In this document: positions 29,833 to 40,523 of the stretch, in pieces
Numbering within the stretch: the stretch's first letter is position 1
How the letters are laid out: every line of letters starts with the position of its first letter
From: an uncultured Gammaproteobacteria bacterium
GTDB taxonomy: Bacteria; Patescibacteriota; Microgenomatia; UBA8517
Assembly: GCA_964524515.1 (NCBI GenBank)
Contig: CAZGEA010000001.1
Location: forward strand, 297,522 to 361,521
Direction: 5' to 3'
DNA length: 64,000 nucleotides
Position numbers and translations under genes: made by a program
The notes under the pieces: generated by a model
Databases searched by the model: none
What the model saw: only the letters and a program-made list of their open reading frames with translations
Told to the model about the DNA's origin: nothing

Positions 29833-31498
29833 CTAAAAACCTTATTTCAGTTATTAATTTCCATTTTAAATCATTAATTGTTTGCGACGTTGCAATCAGA
29901 CATTTAATGTTTGCACAATCATATTCAAATCCCTTTTCAGTTTTAAAGACTGATCCTTCCTTTGGAATTTGCCAATCATTCAAAAAAACATATTTATCAA
30001 AACTATCTACCCAAAACCAATCACTTTGCCCATATCGAACTAAATTTTGATCATTATTTAAAAAAGTTGGAGCCAATCTTTCATAAAAATAAAAGAACTC
30101 ATGTGGTTCGCCATACTTTTTCGTAACAAAAATTTTGTCATATTCATTTTTATTATCCAAAGAATATTCAACCAATTCTTTATATCCATATTGCCAAGAC
30201 TGGGAGTATTTCATTTTGTAATCACCAAAATACAAACTTAAATATCTAATAAAAAAACCAAACAGTATTATTAGAAAAATATAAAAAAATACTTTCTTAA
30301 ACTTTAACAGATACACAATTCCGATTGCACTTAAAAACATAGGAAGTGGTACTAAAACAAAAGATCTCAACGCATGAGGTGCATCCTTAGTAAGTGATGC
30401 CGGTATAAAAGCTATTAAAAACCAATAAAATAAAAATTTAACTACTCTATTTTTAAAATTCTTTATTAATATAGTAATAGAAATCAATACTGTCACCAAT
30501 TCAGGAAAATATAGCTGTCCAAAATTAGGTATATTAAACTGGTATTGAGTACCACCATTAATAAATAAATAATTTGGATTTAAATAAATTAAATAATTTT
30601 TAACAAATTCTAATCCAAAAAAAACTGGTCGATTAAAAACCAGTCTTTCAACTATATTTGGCAAATTACTTTTTAATCTAAAATCAATTATCTGTGACAC
30701 AACACCAACATCAACTAGTTGCAAAGTTCTATATCTACTTTGCCCCTCCAAAGAAAACAACTCATGACCTAAAAATAAAAAACTAATCAAAATTAAACTT
30801 AACAAAATATATAAACGATATTTAGAATTAGTAAAAATAATTTTTAGATTTGAATAAAAAATAAAAAATAAACCAAAAAACATTAAAGGAACAAAAACTC
30901 TTGCTGAATTATATGCCCACATCGAACTAATCATAAAAAAGACTCCCAAAAATAAAAATTTATTTAATTTAGTGTTAATTGATCGAAATATAAAATATAA
31001 ACCTAAAATAATTAAAAAATTAGATAGATTTGCCTCTAACGCAACTCTTGATAAGAAAAAAGTCCATGGCTCAATTGCAACCAAAAAAGCAGAAACCAAA
31101 ATGATACTTTTTTTATTTTTAACTAAGAAAGTAATCTTAGAAAACTCAATCAATTCATTACACAATAAATAAGTAAACAAGACTATTCCCAACCCAGAAA
31201 ATAATGATACCACTCGTACTGTAAATACACTCAGTCCAAAAAACTTCACAATTGCTGATGTCAAATAAATATACAATGGTAATTTATAATCACCATATGC
31301 CCTAAATAAAACTGGAAATTTATTTCCCCATTCATCAATTCCTGATTTTGCAATCGAAAAAGCATTGTATCCGAGTGACACTTCATCCCAATTCATAGAA
31401 ACAGGCATTGAATCTATTCGATAAATTCGAATTATAAACGCAAATATTAATATCAAAATCAAACAAACTAAAGTAATATTCTTTTTTATTAAATTCAT
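29795..31498 (-). CDS. PMT-like GT39 family membrane glycosyltransferase (paralog B)
   Basis: NWDEVSLGYN...GNKFPVLF...KLPLYIYL is colinear with paralog A. Confidence 0.8.
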   Translation of the reverse strand: MNLIKKNITLVCLILILIFAFIIRIYRIDSMPVSMNWDEVSLGYNAFSIAKSGIDEWGNKFPVLFRAYGDYKLPLYIYLTSAIVKFFGLSVFTVRVVSLFSGLGIVLFTYLLCNELIEFSKITFLVKNKKSIILVSAFLVAIEPWTFFLSRVALEANLSNFLIILGLYFIFRSINTKLNKFLFLGVFFMISSMWAYNSARVFVPLMFFGLFFIFYSNLKIIFTNSKYRLYILLSLILISFLFLGHELFSLEGQSRYRTLQLVDVGVVSQIIDFRLKSNLPNIVERLVFNRPVFFGLEFVKNYLIYLNPNYLFINGGTQYQFNIPNFGQLYFPELVTVLISITILIKNFKNRVVKFLFYWFLIAFIPASLTKDAPHALRSFVLVPLPMFLSAIGIVYLLKFKKVFFYIFLIILFGFFIRYLSLYFGDYKMKYSQSWQYGYKELVEYSLDNKNEYDKIFVTKKYGEPHEFFYFYERLAPTFLNNDQNLVRYGQSDWFWVDSFDKYVFLNDWQIPKEGSVFKTEKGFEYDCANIKCLIATSQTINDLKWKLITEIRFLDGKIAFYIYENI

Positions 31499-31500
31499 AT

Positions 31501-33150
31501 CTATATCTTCACTATATAATATGCAGAATTTCCGTTTTGGTAATTAACAACTTCATTTGGAACAATATCTTTAGGAAAATCTTCGGGAAAACCCACATAA
31601 ACAGTGTTCTCTTCAGGTTTTTCATTCTTTAAATCAAACGATTTAAAAGCGTAATTTCCAATTGAATAATCTGAAAGCTGATCTACCCACCCTGAAGTTT
31701 CGGTTCTATATTTAAACCAACTTGTATTTGCAGCAGACTGTGCAAATAATGGATCAATTTTTCTATAAAACAAATAATAAATATGTGGTTCTGAAATTTT
31801 TCTCGAAACAATTATATTCATTCCATCATATTTTGATATTTTCTCAAAAAGACTATCCATCCCATAAATCATGGAACTTTGATATCTAATCGGTTGTATA
31901 AACACATAACTTTCAAAAAAATTAAGGAATTGAAAACTGAAAACTGAAATTATTATCACAAAAAAAATATTTCTAATATATTTTAATTTATAAATATTAT
32001 CAAAAATATAAATAAATCCAATTGAAGAAAAAATAACTAAAAAAATATCCATCAAAACTACTCTATTTGCAGCATGACCAGGTCCCACTGTTAACGCTCC
32101 AGGAATAGGCGAAAGAAGTAATGACAAAATTAAAATTGAATATTTAATATTAAATTTACCTTTTACAAAATCTTTAATCAATTTAAAAACAAAGCCAATC
32201 AAAAAAATAATTTCAACAATCCAAAGCAATCCAATTCCAGGCACCATCCCATATGTTGCCTCGTTGGGTCCTTGTGTAAACAAGAATTCAAAGGAAAAAT
32301 AACTTAAATATTGTTTTGCAAATCTCGAAACAAATGCCAAAACTGGGTTTTGAAACACTTTTAATAATAAAGTTGGTGTACCCCCAACCAACAAGTCAAA
32401 TCTACGCTGAGGTTCATCAAGTGCCCAGGATAAATAACTTGATGAATTTAATCTCGAAGAGGTTCCAAAATATCCTGCAAAGGCAATAACTGTCATTGTC
32501 AACAAAATAAATATAAAAACTAAAAAATACTTATCCATAAATATTTTTCTTTTTTTAATAATTATTTTCCAAGCAACAAAAAGCAAAACAATCAGTGGAG
32601 TTAATATTCTTGCACTATGATAAGAATATATTGATAATATAAACAAAAATAAACTTAATAAATAATACTTTTTTGAATTATTTTCAGCATATATAAACGA
32701 AAGTATTGTGGCAGGAATAAAAAAGGTAATTAAATTAGCCTCAAATGCACCTCTTGAGAGCATAATATGCCAAGGTGAAATTGCAAGAAACAAAGATGCA
32801 ACAATAGCAGTTTTTCGACTACCAGTTAACTCTTTTGTTAAAAAATACAAAATTACCACTGCAAATGATCCAAATATTGCACCAGCTAGTCTAGTTGAAA
32901 ACTCAGTTAAACCAAAAATAAAAACAAATGGAATCGATAAATATGAATAAAGTGGTAACTTAAAATCTCCAAACGATTCTAAACTAAGAGGCATAAACCT
33001 TCCCCATTGGTCCTTTCCAGTTTTCAAAATACTATACGAATCATAACCAAAAGATGCCTCATCAGGTGTAAATCCAGATGGATATGAAGACAAACTTACA
33101 ATTCTAAGCAAAAAACCCAATAAAAATATTATTAAAATATATTTCCACAT
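31501..33150 (-). CDS. PMT-like GT39 family membrane glycosyltransferase (paralog C)
   Basis: TPDEASFGYD...GRFMPLSL...KLPLYSYL is colinear with A and B. Confidence 0.8.
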   Translation of the reverse strand: MWKYILIIFLLGFLLRIVSLSSYPSGFTPDEASFGYDSYSILKTGKDQWGRFMPLSLESFGDFKLPLYSYLSIPFVFIFGLTEFSTRLAGAIFGSFAVVILYFLTKELTGSRKTAIVASLFLAISPWHIMLSRGAFEANLITFFIPATILSFIYAENNSKKYYLLSLFLFILSIYSYHSARILTPLIVLLFVAWKIIIKKRKIFMDKYFLVFIFILLTMTVIAFAGYFGTSSRLNSSSYLSWALDEPQRRFDLLVGGTPTLLLKVFQNPVLAFVSRFAKQYLSYFSFEFLFTQGPNEATYGMVPGIGLLWIVEIIFLIGFVFKLIKDFVKGKFNIKYSILILSLLLSPIPGALTVGPGHAANRVVLMDIFLVIFSSIGFIYIFDNIYKLKYIRNIFFVIIISVFSFQFLNFFESYVFIQPIRYQSSMIYGMDSLFEKISKYDGMNIIVSRKISEPHIYYLFYRKIDPLFAQSAANTSWFKYRTETSGWVDQLSDYSIGNYAFKSFDLKNEKPEENTVYVGFPEDFPKDIVPNEVVNYQNGNSAYYIVKI

Positions 33151-33156
33151 CCAGTA

Positions 33157-34452
33157 TTAATTATACCTAAATTTTTTTCTTAAAGTATGAACAGATGTAA
33201 AAATAATTACAAAAATTAATAACATTAAATTAACAAAACTAGATATATATTGAAATTCAAAATTTATCTGTAAAAATTTTTCAACTCCTGGTAGACTTGG
33301 AACCCAAAATAAATGGTACAAATTAAAAACATAGGTAATATTTAATAAAATTAAAACAAATATCATAATATTTCTAACAACTATTTTCTGTTCAAGACCT
33401 AGATAAACTATAAATAGTGGAAAAAATGGATAAAGATATCTCTCATGCATTTTTGTTAAAAACATAAATGATGAAAATGAAATTAAAGCCAAGGACAAAA
33501 AAACACTACTTTCTGTCTTATTTCTAATAAAATTAAACAATGAAAATATATATAAACCAAAAAATATAAGATAACCAAATGTACTATATGAAAATATATA
33601 AAAAATACTTGAATCCAAAATTTTTCCTGGGTTAATTAACCACCAAAAATTAAATGCGTTTGCAGTTAAATATCCAATCTCACCTGCAAACAATCTAGTT
33701 TTATATAAATCAAAAATCCAAACAAAAAAATCAGTACTTAAATGAAAAGGTAAAAAAAGAATCACAAATACAGCTACTGAAGCCAAAATCCCCTTTAATA
33801 AAATCTTATAATCGACGTTATTTTTAAAAAGATAATAAACTATAAATGGCAAATATATAGATAACGATAATTTATAAAGGCAACAAAGAGTAAACAAGAA
33901 TATCGAAAGGAAAATTCTCTTCCTTACTAGAAAAATCACACTTAAAATACCCAAAAAATTTAGAATTGAATCAGTTTGCCCCCAAACTGCAGAGTTATAC
34001 CAAGAAACGGGCATAAAAAGCCAGACAACAGAAACAATCGCCGCCAACTTTGGCTTCTTTACACTAAAGAAAAATTTAAACAAAATAAAACCAATTCCCA
34101 AATCAAACAATATTCCAGGTACTTTTAAAACAAAATATTTACCATATATTTCCCAATACCAAACTAATTGTGAAGGAAAAAAAGAAACCAAATCATTTAT
34201 CTTATAAATATATTTATTGATAGTTTGATAAACATAAGCATCCGCTGCAAAAACATAAATATAAAGCGCTGGCTGGTTTGGTTTAGAATATTCCCATTCA
34301 CTCCTATCATAAAACCCATTTGTTCCATATTTTAATAAAGTTTCACCCCAAGAATAATTGTTTCTCAAATCGCCATGATATGAAGAAGGAATCAAAAAAA
34401 GTCTAAATACAAATGCGAGAATAAATATAAAAATAATATACTTCTTGTACAT
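33157..34452 (-). CDS. polytopic membrane protein, unknown (candidate GT-C-like glycosyltransferase)
   Basis: 431 aa with 10 or more hydrophobic helices. It sits between GT39 paralogs. I see no clear motif. Confidence 0.4.
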   Translation of the reverse strand: MYKKYIIFIFILAFVFRLFLIPSSYHGDLRNNYSWGETLLKYGTNGFYDRSEWEYSKPNQPALYIYVFAADAYVYQTINKYIYKINDLVSFFPSQLVWYWEIYGKYFVLKVPGILFDLGIGFILFKFFFSVKKPKLAAIVSVVWLFMPVSWYNSAVWGQTDSILNFLGILSVIFLVRKRIFLSIFLFTLCCLYKLSLSIYLPFIVYYLFKNNVDYKILLKGILASVAVFVILFLPFHLSTDFFVWIFDLYKTRLFAGEIGYLTANAFNFWWLINPGKILDSSIFYIFSYSTFGYLIFFGLYIFSLFNFIRNKTESSVFLSLALISFSSFMFLTKMHERYLYPFFPLFIVYLGLEQKIVVRNIMIFVLILLNITYVFNLYHLFWVPSLPGVEKFLQINFEFQYISSFVNLMLLIFVIIFTSVHTLRKKFRYN

Positions 34453-34457
34453 ATACC

Positions 34458-34997
34458 CTAAAGCACTCTACCAAAAATACCAATAACACCCAAACCAATT
34501 AACCAAAACCTAATTAACCTACCAATAAAAGTTGCAAGAAAAAAATTCTTGTATTCAAACTTCAAATATCCAGCAATTAAACCAATAAAATCGTACGGTG
34601 TTGGCAAAAGCGCTAAAAAGAAAAGCCCATAAACTCCATATTTATGCAAAAATTCGATTGTATCCTTCGTTTTCTTACTATCAGTCTGAATTGGAATCAT
34701 ACTATGTGCATATTTACCCACCCACCATGACAACAAATCATTAATTGCCATACCCAAGGATGACACTAAAGCTACTGGAAATGCACCAAAATATCTTGAA
34801 ACAATTGGTATTAAAAGCATTCCTGGTCCACCTATCAAGTTAAACAAAAATACTCCAAAATTTCCCAATCTCAAAAATGGTCCTGGCTCAACAAATATAA
34901 AAAAAGTTAAAAATATATATAAAATTCCCAAAACAAAAACAGTCTTTCTGAAGTTTTTTGAAGCAGCTAATTTATTTATTAATTTCATTTTTTCCAC
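34458..34997 (-). CDS. DedA/SNARE-associated (VTT domain) family membrane protein
   Basis: 179 aa. The core LIGGPGMLLIPIVSRYFGAFPVALVSSLGMAINDLLSWWVGKY resembles the DedA re-entrant helix region. Confidence 0.6.
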   Translation of the reverse strand: MEKMKLINKLAASKNFRKTVFVLGILYIFLTFFIFVEPGPFLRLGNFGVFLFNLIGGPGMLLIPIVSRYFGAFPVALVSSLGMAINDLLSWWVGKYAHSMIPIQTDSKKTKDTIEFLHKYGVYGLFFLALLPTPYDFIGLIAGYLKFEYKNFFLATFIGRLIRFWLIGLGVIGIFGRVL

Positions 34998-36684
34998 TAA
35001 AAATATAATATGCAGGCAATCCAGACGGGAACTTTATGTAATAAACAAGTTTTAAATCCTTAGGTGTTCTATCTGGCTCCTCTATAAGATTAACATTAAC
35101 TTCCTTTGCAGATGCTAAATAAAGCATATCAGATCCAAGCACTTTACCCCAGTCATAAATCCCAAGTCCATTTGGACTACCAAAATAATATTTATCAATA
35201 TATGAAACTTCACCAAAACCACCAACTATCTGTTTCTTAAAAGGATATCCCAATTGCCATTTCTCAGGTGGATACTGCATACCTGCTGCAAAAAATATCC
35301 AAGGTGGCTCATCATATGTTGTTACAAACACCTTACTATATTTACTTTGTATCTTTTCAATCTCAGAAAATGATTGCGAAAAACCATAATGCCACCACTT
35401 TTCTGAATCAATTGGATAGTGAAACCAATATTGGTGTTGATAAAATAAAAAATCAAAAACAAAAAGGATTAAATAGCAAATCAAAAACAAATATTTTAAA
35501 TTTCTTTTTTCTTTAAAGACAGACCAGAGTCCATAACTCATTACAAAAACAATTGGTGGCAAAATTAATATCAATCTTGTCGCATGATTTGCGCCATCTC
35601 TTGTTAAACTCGATGGCAATATGCCAATTAAAATCATAATAAAAAGTATATATCCAAACTTTCTATGTTTTTCTGATTTTGATAAATAATAAATACCAAG
35701 AAACAATAAAACTATCTCAACATGATAAAAAACACCCATTTGAGGAACGGTATGTCTCAAATTCGGATCACCTTTATCAAACAAAAAATTAAAAGACAAT
35801 GAAGTTAAAAAATTATTTTCAATTTTTGAAAATATAATTTGATATTTATTATGAAAATATTTAGAAAGTACGGCAGAACCTTGATCACTATCAATATCTC
35901 TCACAGGACCTAATTGATATTCTATTGATGGATCACTAAATACACTTAAATAATTAAATCTCTGAGCGCCTTGTCCAAACAAAGTTGAATAAACAGTTAA
36001 AGAACCAATAATCAATAAAACAACAACACCTATAAATAATTCACTCTTTTTTAAATTAAATATCTTTTTACGATAAAACAAAAACAAAACTATCAAAATA
36101 ATTGGTGTATATATTTTAGCTGTACTATATATTAACGGTGTCAATGCAAAACAAGCGGCGCTAATCCACAGATATTTACCCTTTTGTGTATTAATTGCTC
36201 TAAAAAATGTCCAAAAAGCAAACATAATAAAAAACAACAACATTGTTACCTCAAAACCAGATCTACTATATTGAATATGCCATGGCGAAAAACACAAAAT
36301 TAGACTTGACATTAACGCCAAAGAATTACTTTTAGTAATTTCTTTTATTAAATAAAATGCAATCAAAACTCCAAATATTCCAAATATTGCAGCTGGAAGT
36401 CTCACTCCCCATGCAGTTATTCCAAAAATTTTTACTGTAGGAACTGATGCATATAAATATAATGGCGTTCTCCACTCAGCCAATGAATGAAATTCAAGCG
36501 GCATAAAATTTCCAGAATAATCACGACCCGTATTAATAATTGATAGTGCGTGATAGCCAACATCAAGTTCATCTCCAAAAAGAGACGGTGGATTTTTATC
36601 TAATTTCCATAACCTCAAAAATGAGGCTGCAATCAAAATTAGAAAAATTAGTATTAATATTTTTTTATTTTTTGACTTATCCAT
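34972..36684 (-). CDS. PMT-like GT39 family membrane glycosyltransferase (paralog D)
   Basis: FGDELDVGYH...GNFMPLEF...RTPLYLYA is colinear with paralogs A-C. Confidence 0.8.
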   Translation of the reverse strand: MDKSKNKKILILIFLILIAASFLRLWKLDKNPPSLFGDELDVGYHALSIINTGRDYSGNFMPLEFHSLAEWRTPLYLYASVPTVKIFGITAWGVRLPAAIFGIFGVLIAFYLIKEITKSNSLALMSSLILCFSPWHIQYSRSGFEVTMLLFFIMFAFWTFFRAINTQKGKYLWISAACFALTPLIYSTAKIYTPIILIVLFLFYRKKIFNLKKSELFIGVVVLLIIGSLTVYSTLFGQGAQRFNYLSVFSDPSIEYQLGPVRDIDSDQGSAVLSKYFHNKYQIIFSKIENNFLTSLSFNFLFDKGDPNLRHTVPQMGVFYHVEIVLLFLGIYYLSKSEKHRKFGYILFIMILIGILPSSLTRDGANHATRLILILPPIVFVMSYGLWSVFKEKRNLKYLFLICYLILFVFDFLFYQHQYWFHYPIDSEKWWHYGFSQSFSEIEKIQSKYSKVFVTTYDEPPWIFFAAGMQYPPEKWQLGYPFKKQIVGGFGEVSYIDKYYFGSPNGLGIYDWGKVLGSDMLYLASAKEVNVNLIEEPDRTPKDLKLVYYIKFPSGLPAYYIFSGKNEINK

Positions 36685-37454
36685 ATTATTGAACTAAACA
36701 AGTAATGACCAACATATCCATAATAAATTTTACTAGAAGGAATTAAACGTTTCCATTGATCTTTTGCTTTCACTATATTTTTACCACTTTCCCCATGTAA
36801 ATGAATAAAATGACTTGTGGCCAAATAATATATTTTTAAATTCAATTGTTTAACTTTTCTACAATAATCAAAATCCTCAAAATACATAAAATAACGTTCA
36901 TCCATAAATCCAACCTTTTTATATCCAATTGGCGTAATTAAAAATACAGCAGCAACAGCACACTCAACTTGCTCAAAACTATCTGTATCTGGAGTGTATT
37001 TATCAAGAATTGGTCCCTTATTTAACAAATATTGTCTAACAACTCTATTAAAATTCGGTAATCTATAAACCGAGGGTTGAACTGTTTTATCTTTATTTAA
37101 AAGTCTCGGTACAACAACAGCAGCATCCAAATGCTCTCCAGCAAAATTAATTAATTTTTCAATCTGACCTTTTGCAACCAACGTATCAGAATTAAGAAGT
37201 AACTTATATTCACCTTTTGATTCTTTCAATCCAAGATTATTCGCTTTTGAAAAACCCAAATTTGTATCATTTAACACTAGCTTAAAATTACTTTTTTTTA
37301 TTTTTCTAAATGCTTCTTCACTTCCATCGACTGAATTATTATCAATCAAAATAATTTCATAATCCATATTAATCTTTGCAGAATAAATTGATTCAATACA
37401 ATCAAGCGTTACCTTTTTTGTATTAAAACTAACAATAATTATCGATAATTTCAT
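36654..37454 (-). CDS. GT2 glycosyltransferase
   Basis: LSIIIVSFNTKKVTLDCIESI...IILIDNNSVDGS has the DxD region. Confidence 0.75.
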   Translation of the reverse strand: MKLSIIIVSFNTKKVTLDCIESIYSAKINMDYEIILIDNNSVDGSEEAFRKIKKSNFKLVLNDTNLGFSKANNLGLKESKGEYKLLLNSDTLVAKGQIEKLINFAGEHLDAAVVVPRLLNKDKTVQPSVYRLPNFNRVVRQYLLNKGPILDKYTPDTDSFEQVECAVAAVFLITPIGYKKVGFMDERYFMYFEDFDYCRKVKQLNLKIYYLATSHFIHLHGESGKNIVKAKDQWKRLIPSSKIYYGYVGHYLFSSIIWISQKIKKY

Positions 37455-38350
37455 TCTTTAATATAATTAGAAAAAATATCTTCATCAGAAACAATTGCCT
37501 CAACTTTTTCTCTCTTCCTAGAATCCATCACAGCAAAAATTTTTATCATTGCAAAAAAAACAACTTTAATATAACCAGGGTGAATGACTGTTCTTCTTAA
37601 TAAATTAAATATATGATTTTTTAGCATTTCATTACTTGTTAAATTTTTCCAATGAAACAATAAATAATTTCTCTCCTTTATTGTATTCAAATAACTTAAT
37701 TTAAAATTTGAACTGTTAATAACTGACTCATGTTCGTGTTTTACATTTGCACTCCTATCCCATTTCACAATCAAACCTCTTTTTTGTGCTCTATATGAAA
37801 TATCAACATCTTCCCAATAAAAAGGTGATAAGACTTTCTCATCAAATCCATGAAGAATAGTCCAATGACTTTTTCTAAAAATTGCTGACCCTCCACTTGC
37901 CCAAAAACTAACTTCACTATTTGTTTTATCACCTAAATTTGAATGAATTAAAAAACCGCTATCAAATTTAGCAGTTGCCGGTCCGTAACCTTTCTCATGA
38001 AAAGAAACAGCAAAAACTCTTTCATCATCAAATATTTTGTAAACATTTTTTAAAAAATTACTTTCAACCGACACGTCAGTATTTAGCAATACAACCAAAT
38101 CACCTTTTGCATTTGACACTCCTTTATTACAAGCTTTAGAAAAACCTAAATTTTTAAAATTACGAATCATCTTTACATTTTTAAAATTATTTTCAATATA
38201 TTCAACTGAATTATCAGTAGATCCGTCATCAACAATAATAATCTCAACAATTTTATTAACCTTATTTTCAAATGACTTTAAAACAGAAGGCAAATGTTTT
38301 TCTAATAATTTCTTTCCATTCCAGTTTGGAATAATAATTGATGTATTCAT
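37451..38350 (-). CDS. GT2 glycosyltransferase
   Basis: TSIIIPNWNGKKLL...EIIIVDDGSTDNS has the DxD region. Confidence 0.75.
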   Translation of the reverse strand: MNTSIIIPNWNGKKLLEKHLPSVLKSFENKVNKIVEIIIVDDGSTDNSVEYIENNFKNVKMIRNFKNLGFSKACNKGVSNAKGDLVVLLNTDVSVESNFLKNVYKIFDDERVFAVSFHEKGYGPATAKFDSGFLIHSNLGDKTNSEVSFWASGGSAIFRKSHWTILHGFDEKVLSPFYWEDVDISYRAQKRGLIVKWDRSANVKHEHESVINSSNFKLSYLNTIKERNYLLFHWKNLTSNEMLKNHIFNLLRRTVIHPGYIKVVFFAMIKIFAVMDSRKREKVEAIVSDEDIFSNYIKE

Positions 38351-39006
38351 TTTTTTAATTTCTTCACCTTAACTGAAACTAACATTCCTAATAAAAATCT
38401 ATCTTCATTCACAATATCAAAACCTGCATCAGTACACATCTTAACTAATAAATTCGATCTATACGACTGCAAATGACAATCATCCCAAATCTTACCTTTA
38501 AAAAACTTAGTCCAAAAAAACCATATAAACCTAAACAATAAAGTATCAGTTGGAACCAAAAATATCCCTTCTCCACCAATCTTTAAAACTCTCTTAATTT
38601 CAAGCAAGGCATCATTAGGCTTTAAAACATGTTCCAAAACTTCCAATGCAAAAACAAAATCAAAACTTTCATTTTTATATTTTAATCGATGAATATCAGC
38701 AACCTCAAACTTAAATCTTTTATCACTTTTAAAATGTTTTTTTGCCCACTTGATAGACGTCTCAAGTGCATCAATTCCAATAATCTCCTTGGCACCAGTC
38801 GAATTTGCAATTACTTCAGTAAACATTCCGTCAGCACATCCTATATCTAAAACTTTACAATTCTTCCTATACTTTATTAAATTCTTAATATGTTCAATTC
38901 TAGTTCTATGCCAAAAATTTTGACAAAAATTAGTTCTCATTGAAGAAAAATACCAATCAGGTGGAACATTTTTATGAATCTCTGCAGCTTTTTTTAAATC
39001 ATTCAT
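38347..39006 (-). CDS. class I SAM-dependent methyltransferase
   Basis: VLDIGCADGMF...IGIDAL...FDFVFALEVLEHV...VLKIGGEGIF is a class-I methyltransferase pattern. Confidence 0.8.
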   Translation of the reverse strand: MNDLKKAAEIHKNVPPDWYFSSMRTNFCQNFWHRTRIEHIKNLIKYRKNCKVLDIGCADGMFTEVIANSTGAKEIIGIDALETSIKWAKKHFKSDKRFKFEVADIHRLKYKNESFDFVFALEVLEHVLKPNDALLEIKRVLKIGGEGIFLVPTDTLLFRFIWFFWTKFFKGKIWDDCHLQSYRSNLLVKMCTDAGFDIVNEDRFLLGMLVSVKVKKLKK

Positions 39007-40523
39007 TTAATCCTTCTATATTGAATATTAATTTGTCCAAAATTTATTTGATCAATTAATTTTGATTTATAATTCTCCTCACCAACTGTTTCATCTAAAT
39101 ATCTAAGAGGAATTCCATCAAGTGGTTCAATTATTAAAAATCTAATTTTAGAATTATCAGAACTTTGATTTAGCGCAACAACTTGCCCAATTTGATCTCG
39201 TCCAACATAATTTGGAGTATATCCATAATGACTTTGCCCGTACCAATTATATAAATAAGCCCAGACTATATTTATCCAAAGAGGTGATGTTAAGCTATTT
39301 ATATCAAATTTTTCTCCATTCGAAGTTAAATAAGTATAATCAATTGCTTTTATTTGTTTTGATAAAAGCATATCTTTTTGTATTGAAAATATAGTCGAAC
39401 CTTTTTGATTCTCACGAATTATCATACTTAAACTGCCAAATAATACAAAAACAATTAGTAAAAAAGAAAATAAATAATTTTTAGATTTAATAAGTGATCC
39501 AATAAAAGATCCCAGAATTATCGATACAGCAGAACCGATTCCTACTAACAAAAATGGGGTACTAACCCCCCCAAGTGAAACAACACTTAAACTGCTAAAT
39601 AACCATGTTGACAAAAAAAGTGGCCAATAATTTGTTTTCTTTTCATTTTTATACTTAATAAGGTAAAACAAACTGCCTATTACCAAAAAAGTTCCGTAGC
39701 CTATATTTGATGCATATGAATTGTAAGATAAAACTCGTCCAATTTGATTTAAATATAAAGTTACAATATCTCCAAAACCCTTAGATGACGTAACAGCATC
39801 ACTAGTTTGAACAACTGACATTAATCCACCCAATCCTCTAAATCCAAATTTAACTTCAGATATAAGCATTGTTGAAATTCCCATCAAAAATGATATTAAA
39901 AACCAAACAATATATCTCTTTTCAATATTTTTTCTATAATATAAATACCAAATAAATCCAGGAACTATGTGGTAAAGTAAAAACACCTCAGCCTGTACCG
40001 AAAACCCTAAAGATAAACCAGCAACAATTGCACCAAATCGCAAATTCTTCTTTGAAATCACCAACCATAATCCAAAATAATATAATGCGACAGTCAATAC
40101 TCCAATTGTAGGATTTGAAAGCCAAGTTGCGTATTGTGTTGATTCAAACGAAAAAGCAAAAAACAGAGATGATAAAATTGCAGAAATTGGATCTTTTGTA
40201 AGTAAAAATGTAATTAAAAATACTATAAAAATTACAATTGAATTAATAAATGCAATTCCAATTGCAGCAACAATTGGACTACCATTTCCAAAAAAATAAA
40301 ACGGAGCAAGAACATAATAATACAAAACACCATGAAACAATCCAGGTGCAGATGATGGCGGCCCTAATATTTTTAAATGTCCCTTTGCAATTTCCGTTGC
40401 ATGAGTTGCATCCCTTGCCTGATCATACCCAAATGTTAATGCTCCATCCTTTAAAAAAAATATTCTAACAACAAAAGCTAAAATAAATAATACAAAAAGT
40501 ACAAAATAGTATTTCTTTCTCAT
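39003..40523 (-). CDS. ArnT-like (GT83-type) GT-C membrane glycosyltransferase (paralog 1)
   Basis: FGYDQARDATH occupies the first loop, the position of the DExRYAEI motif in ArnT. It is followed by GP..S..G...G..YYY. The protein is polytopic. Confidence 0.6.
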   Translation of the reverse strand: MRKKYYFVLFVLFILAFVVRIFFLKDGALTFGYDQARDATHATEIAKGHLKILGPPSSAPGLFHGVLYYYVLAPFYFFGNGSPIVAAIGIAFINSIVIFIVFLITFLLTKDPISAILSSLFFAFSFESTQYATWLSNPTIGVLTVALYYFGLWLVISKKNLRFGAIVAGLSLGFSVQAEVFLLYHIVPGFIWYLYYRKNIEKRYIVWFLISFLMGISTMLISEVKFGFRGLGGLMSVVQTSDAVTSSKGFGDIVTLYLNQIGRVLSYNSYASNIGYGTFLVIGSLFYLIKYKNEKKTNYWPLFLSTWLFSSLSVVSLGGVSTPFLLVGIGSAVSIILGSFIGSLIKSKNYLFSFLLIVFVLFGSLSMIIRENQKGSTIFSIQKDMLLSKQIKAIDYTYLTSNGEKFDINSLTSPLWINIVWAYLYNWYGQSHYGYTPNYVGRDQIGQVVALNQSSDNSKIRFLIIEPLDGIPLRYLDETVGEENYKSKLIDQINFGQINIQYRRIK

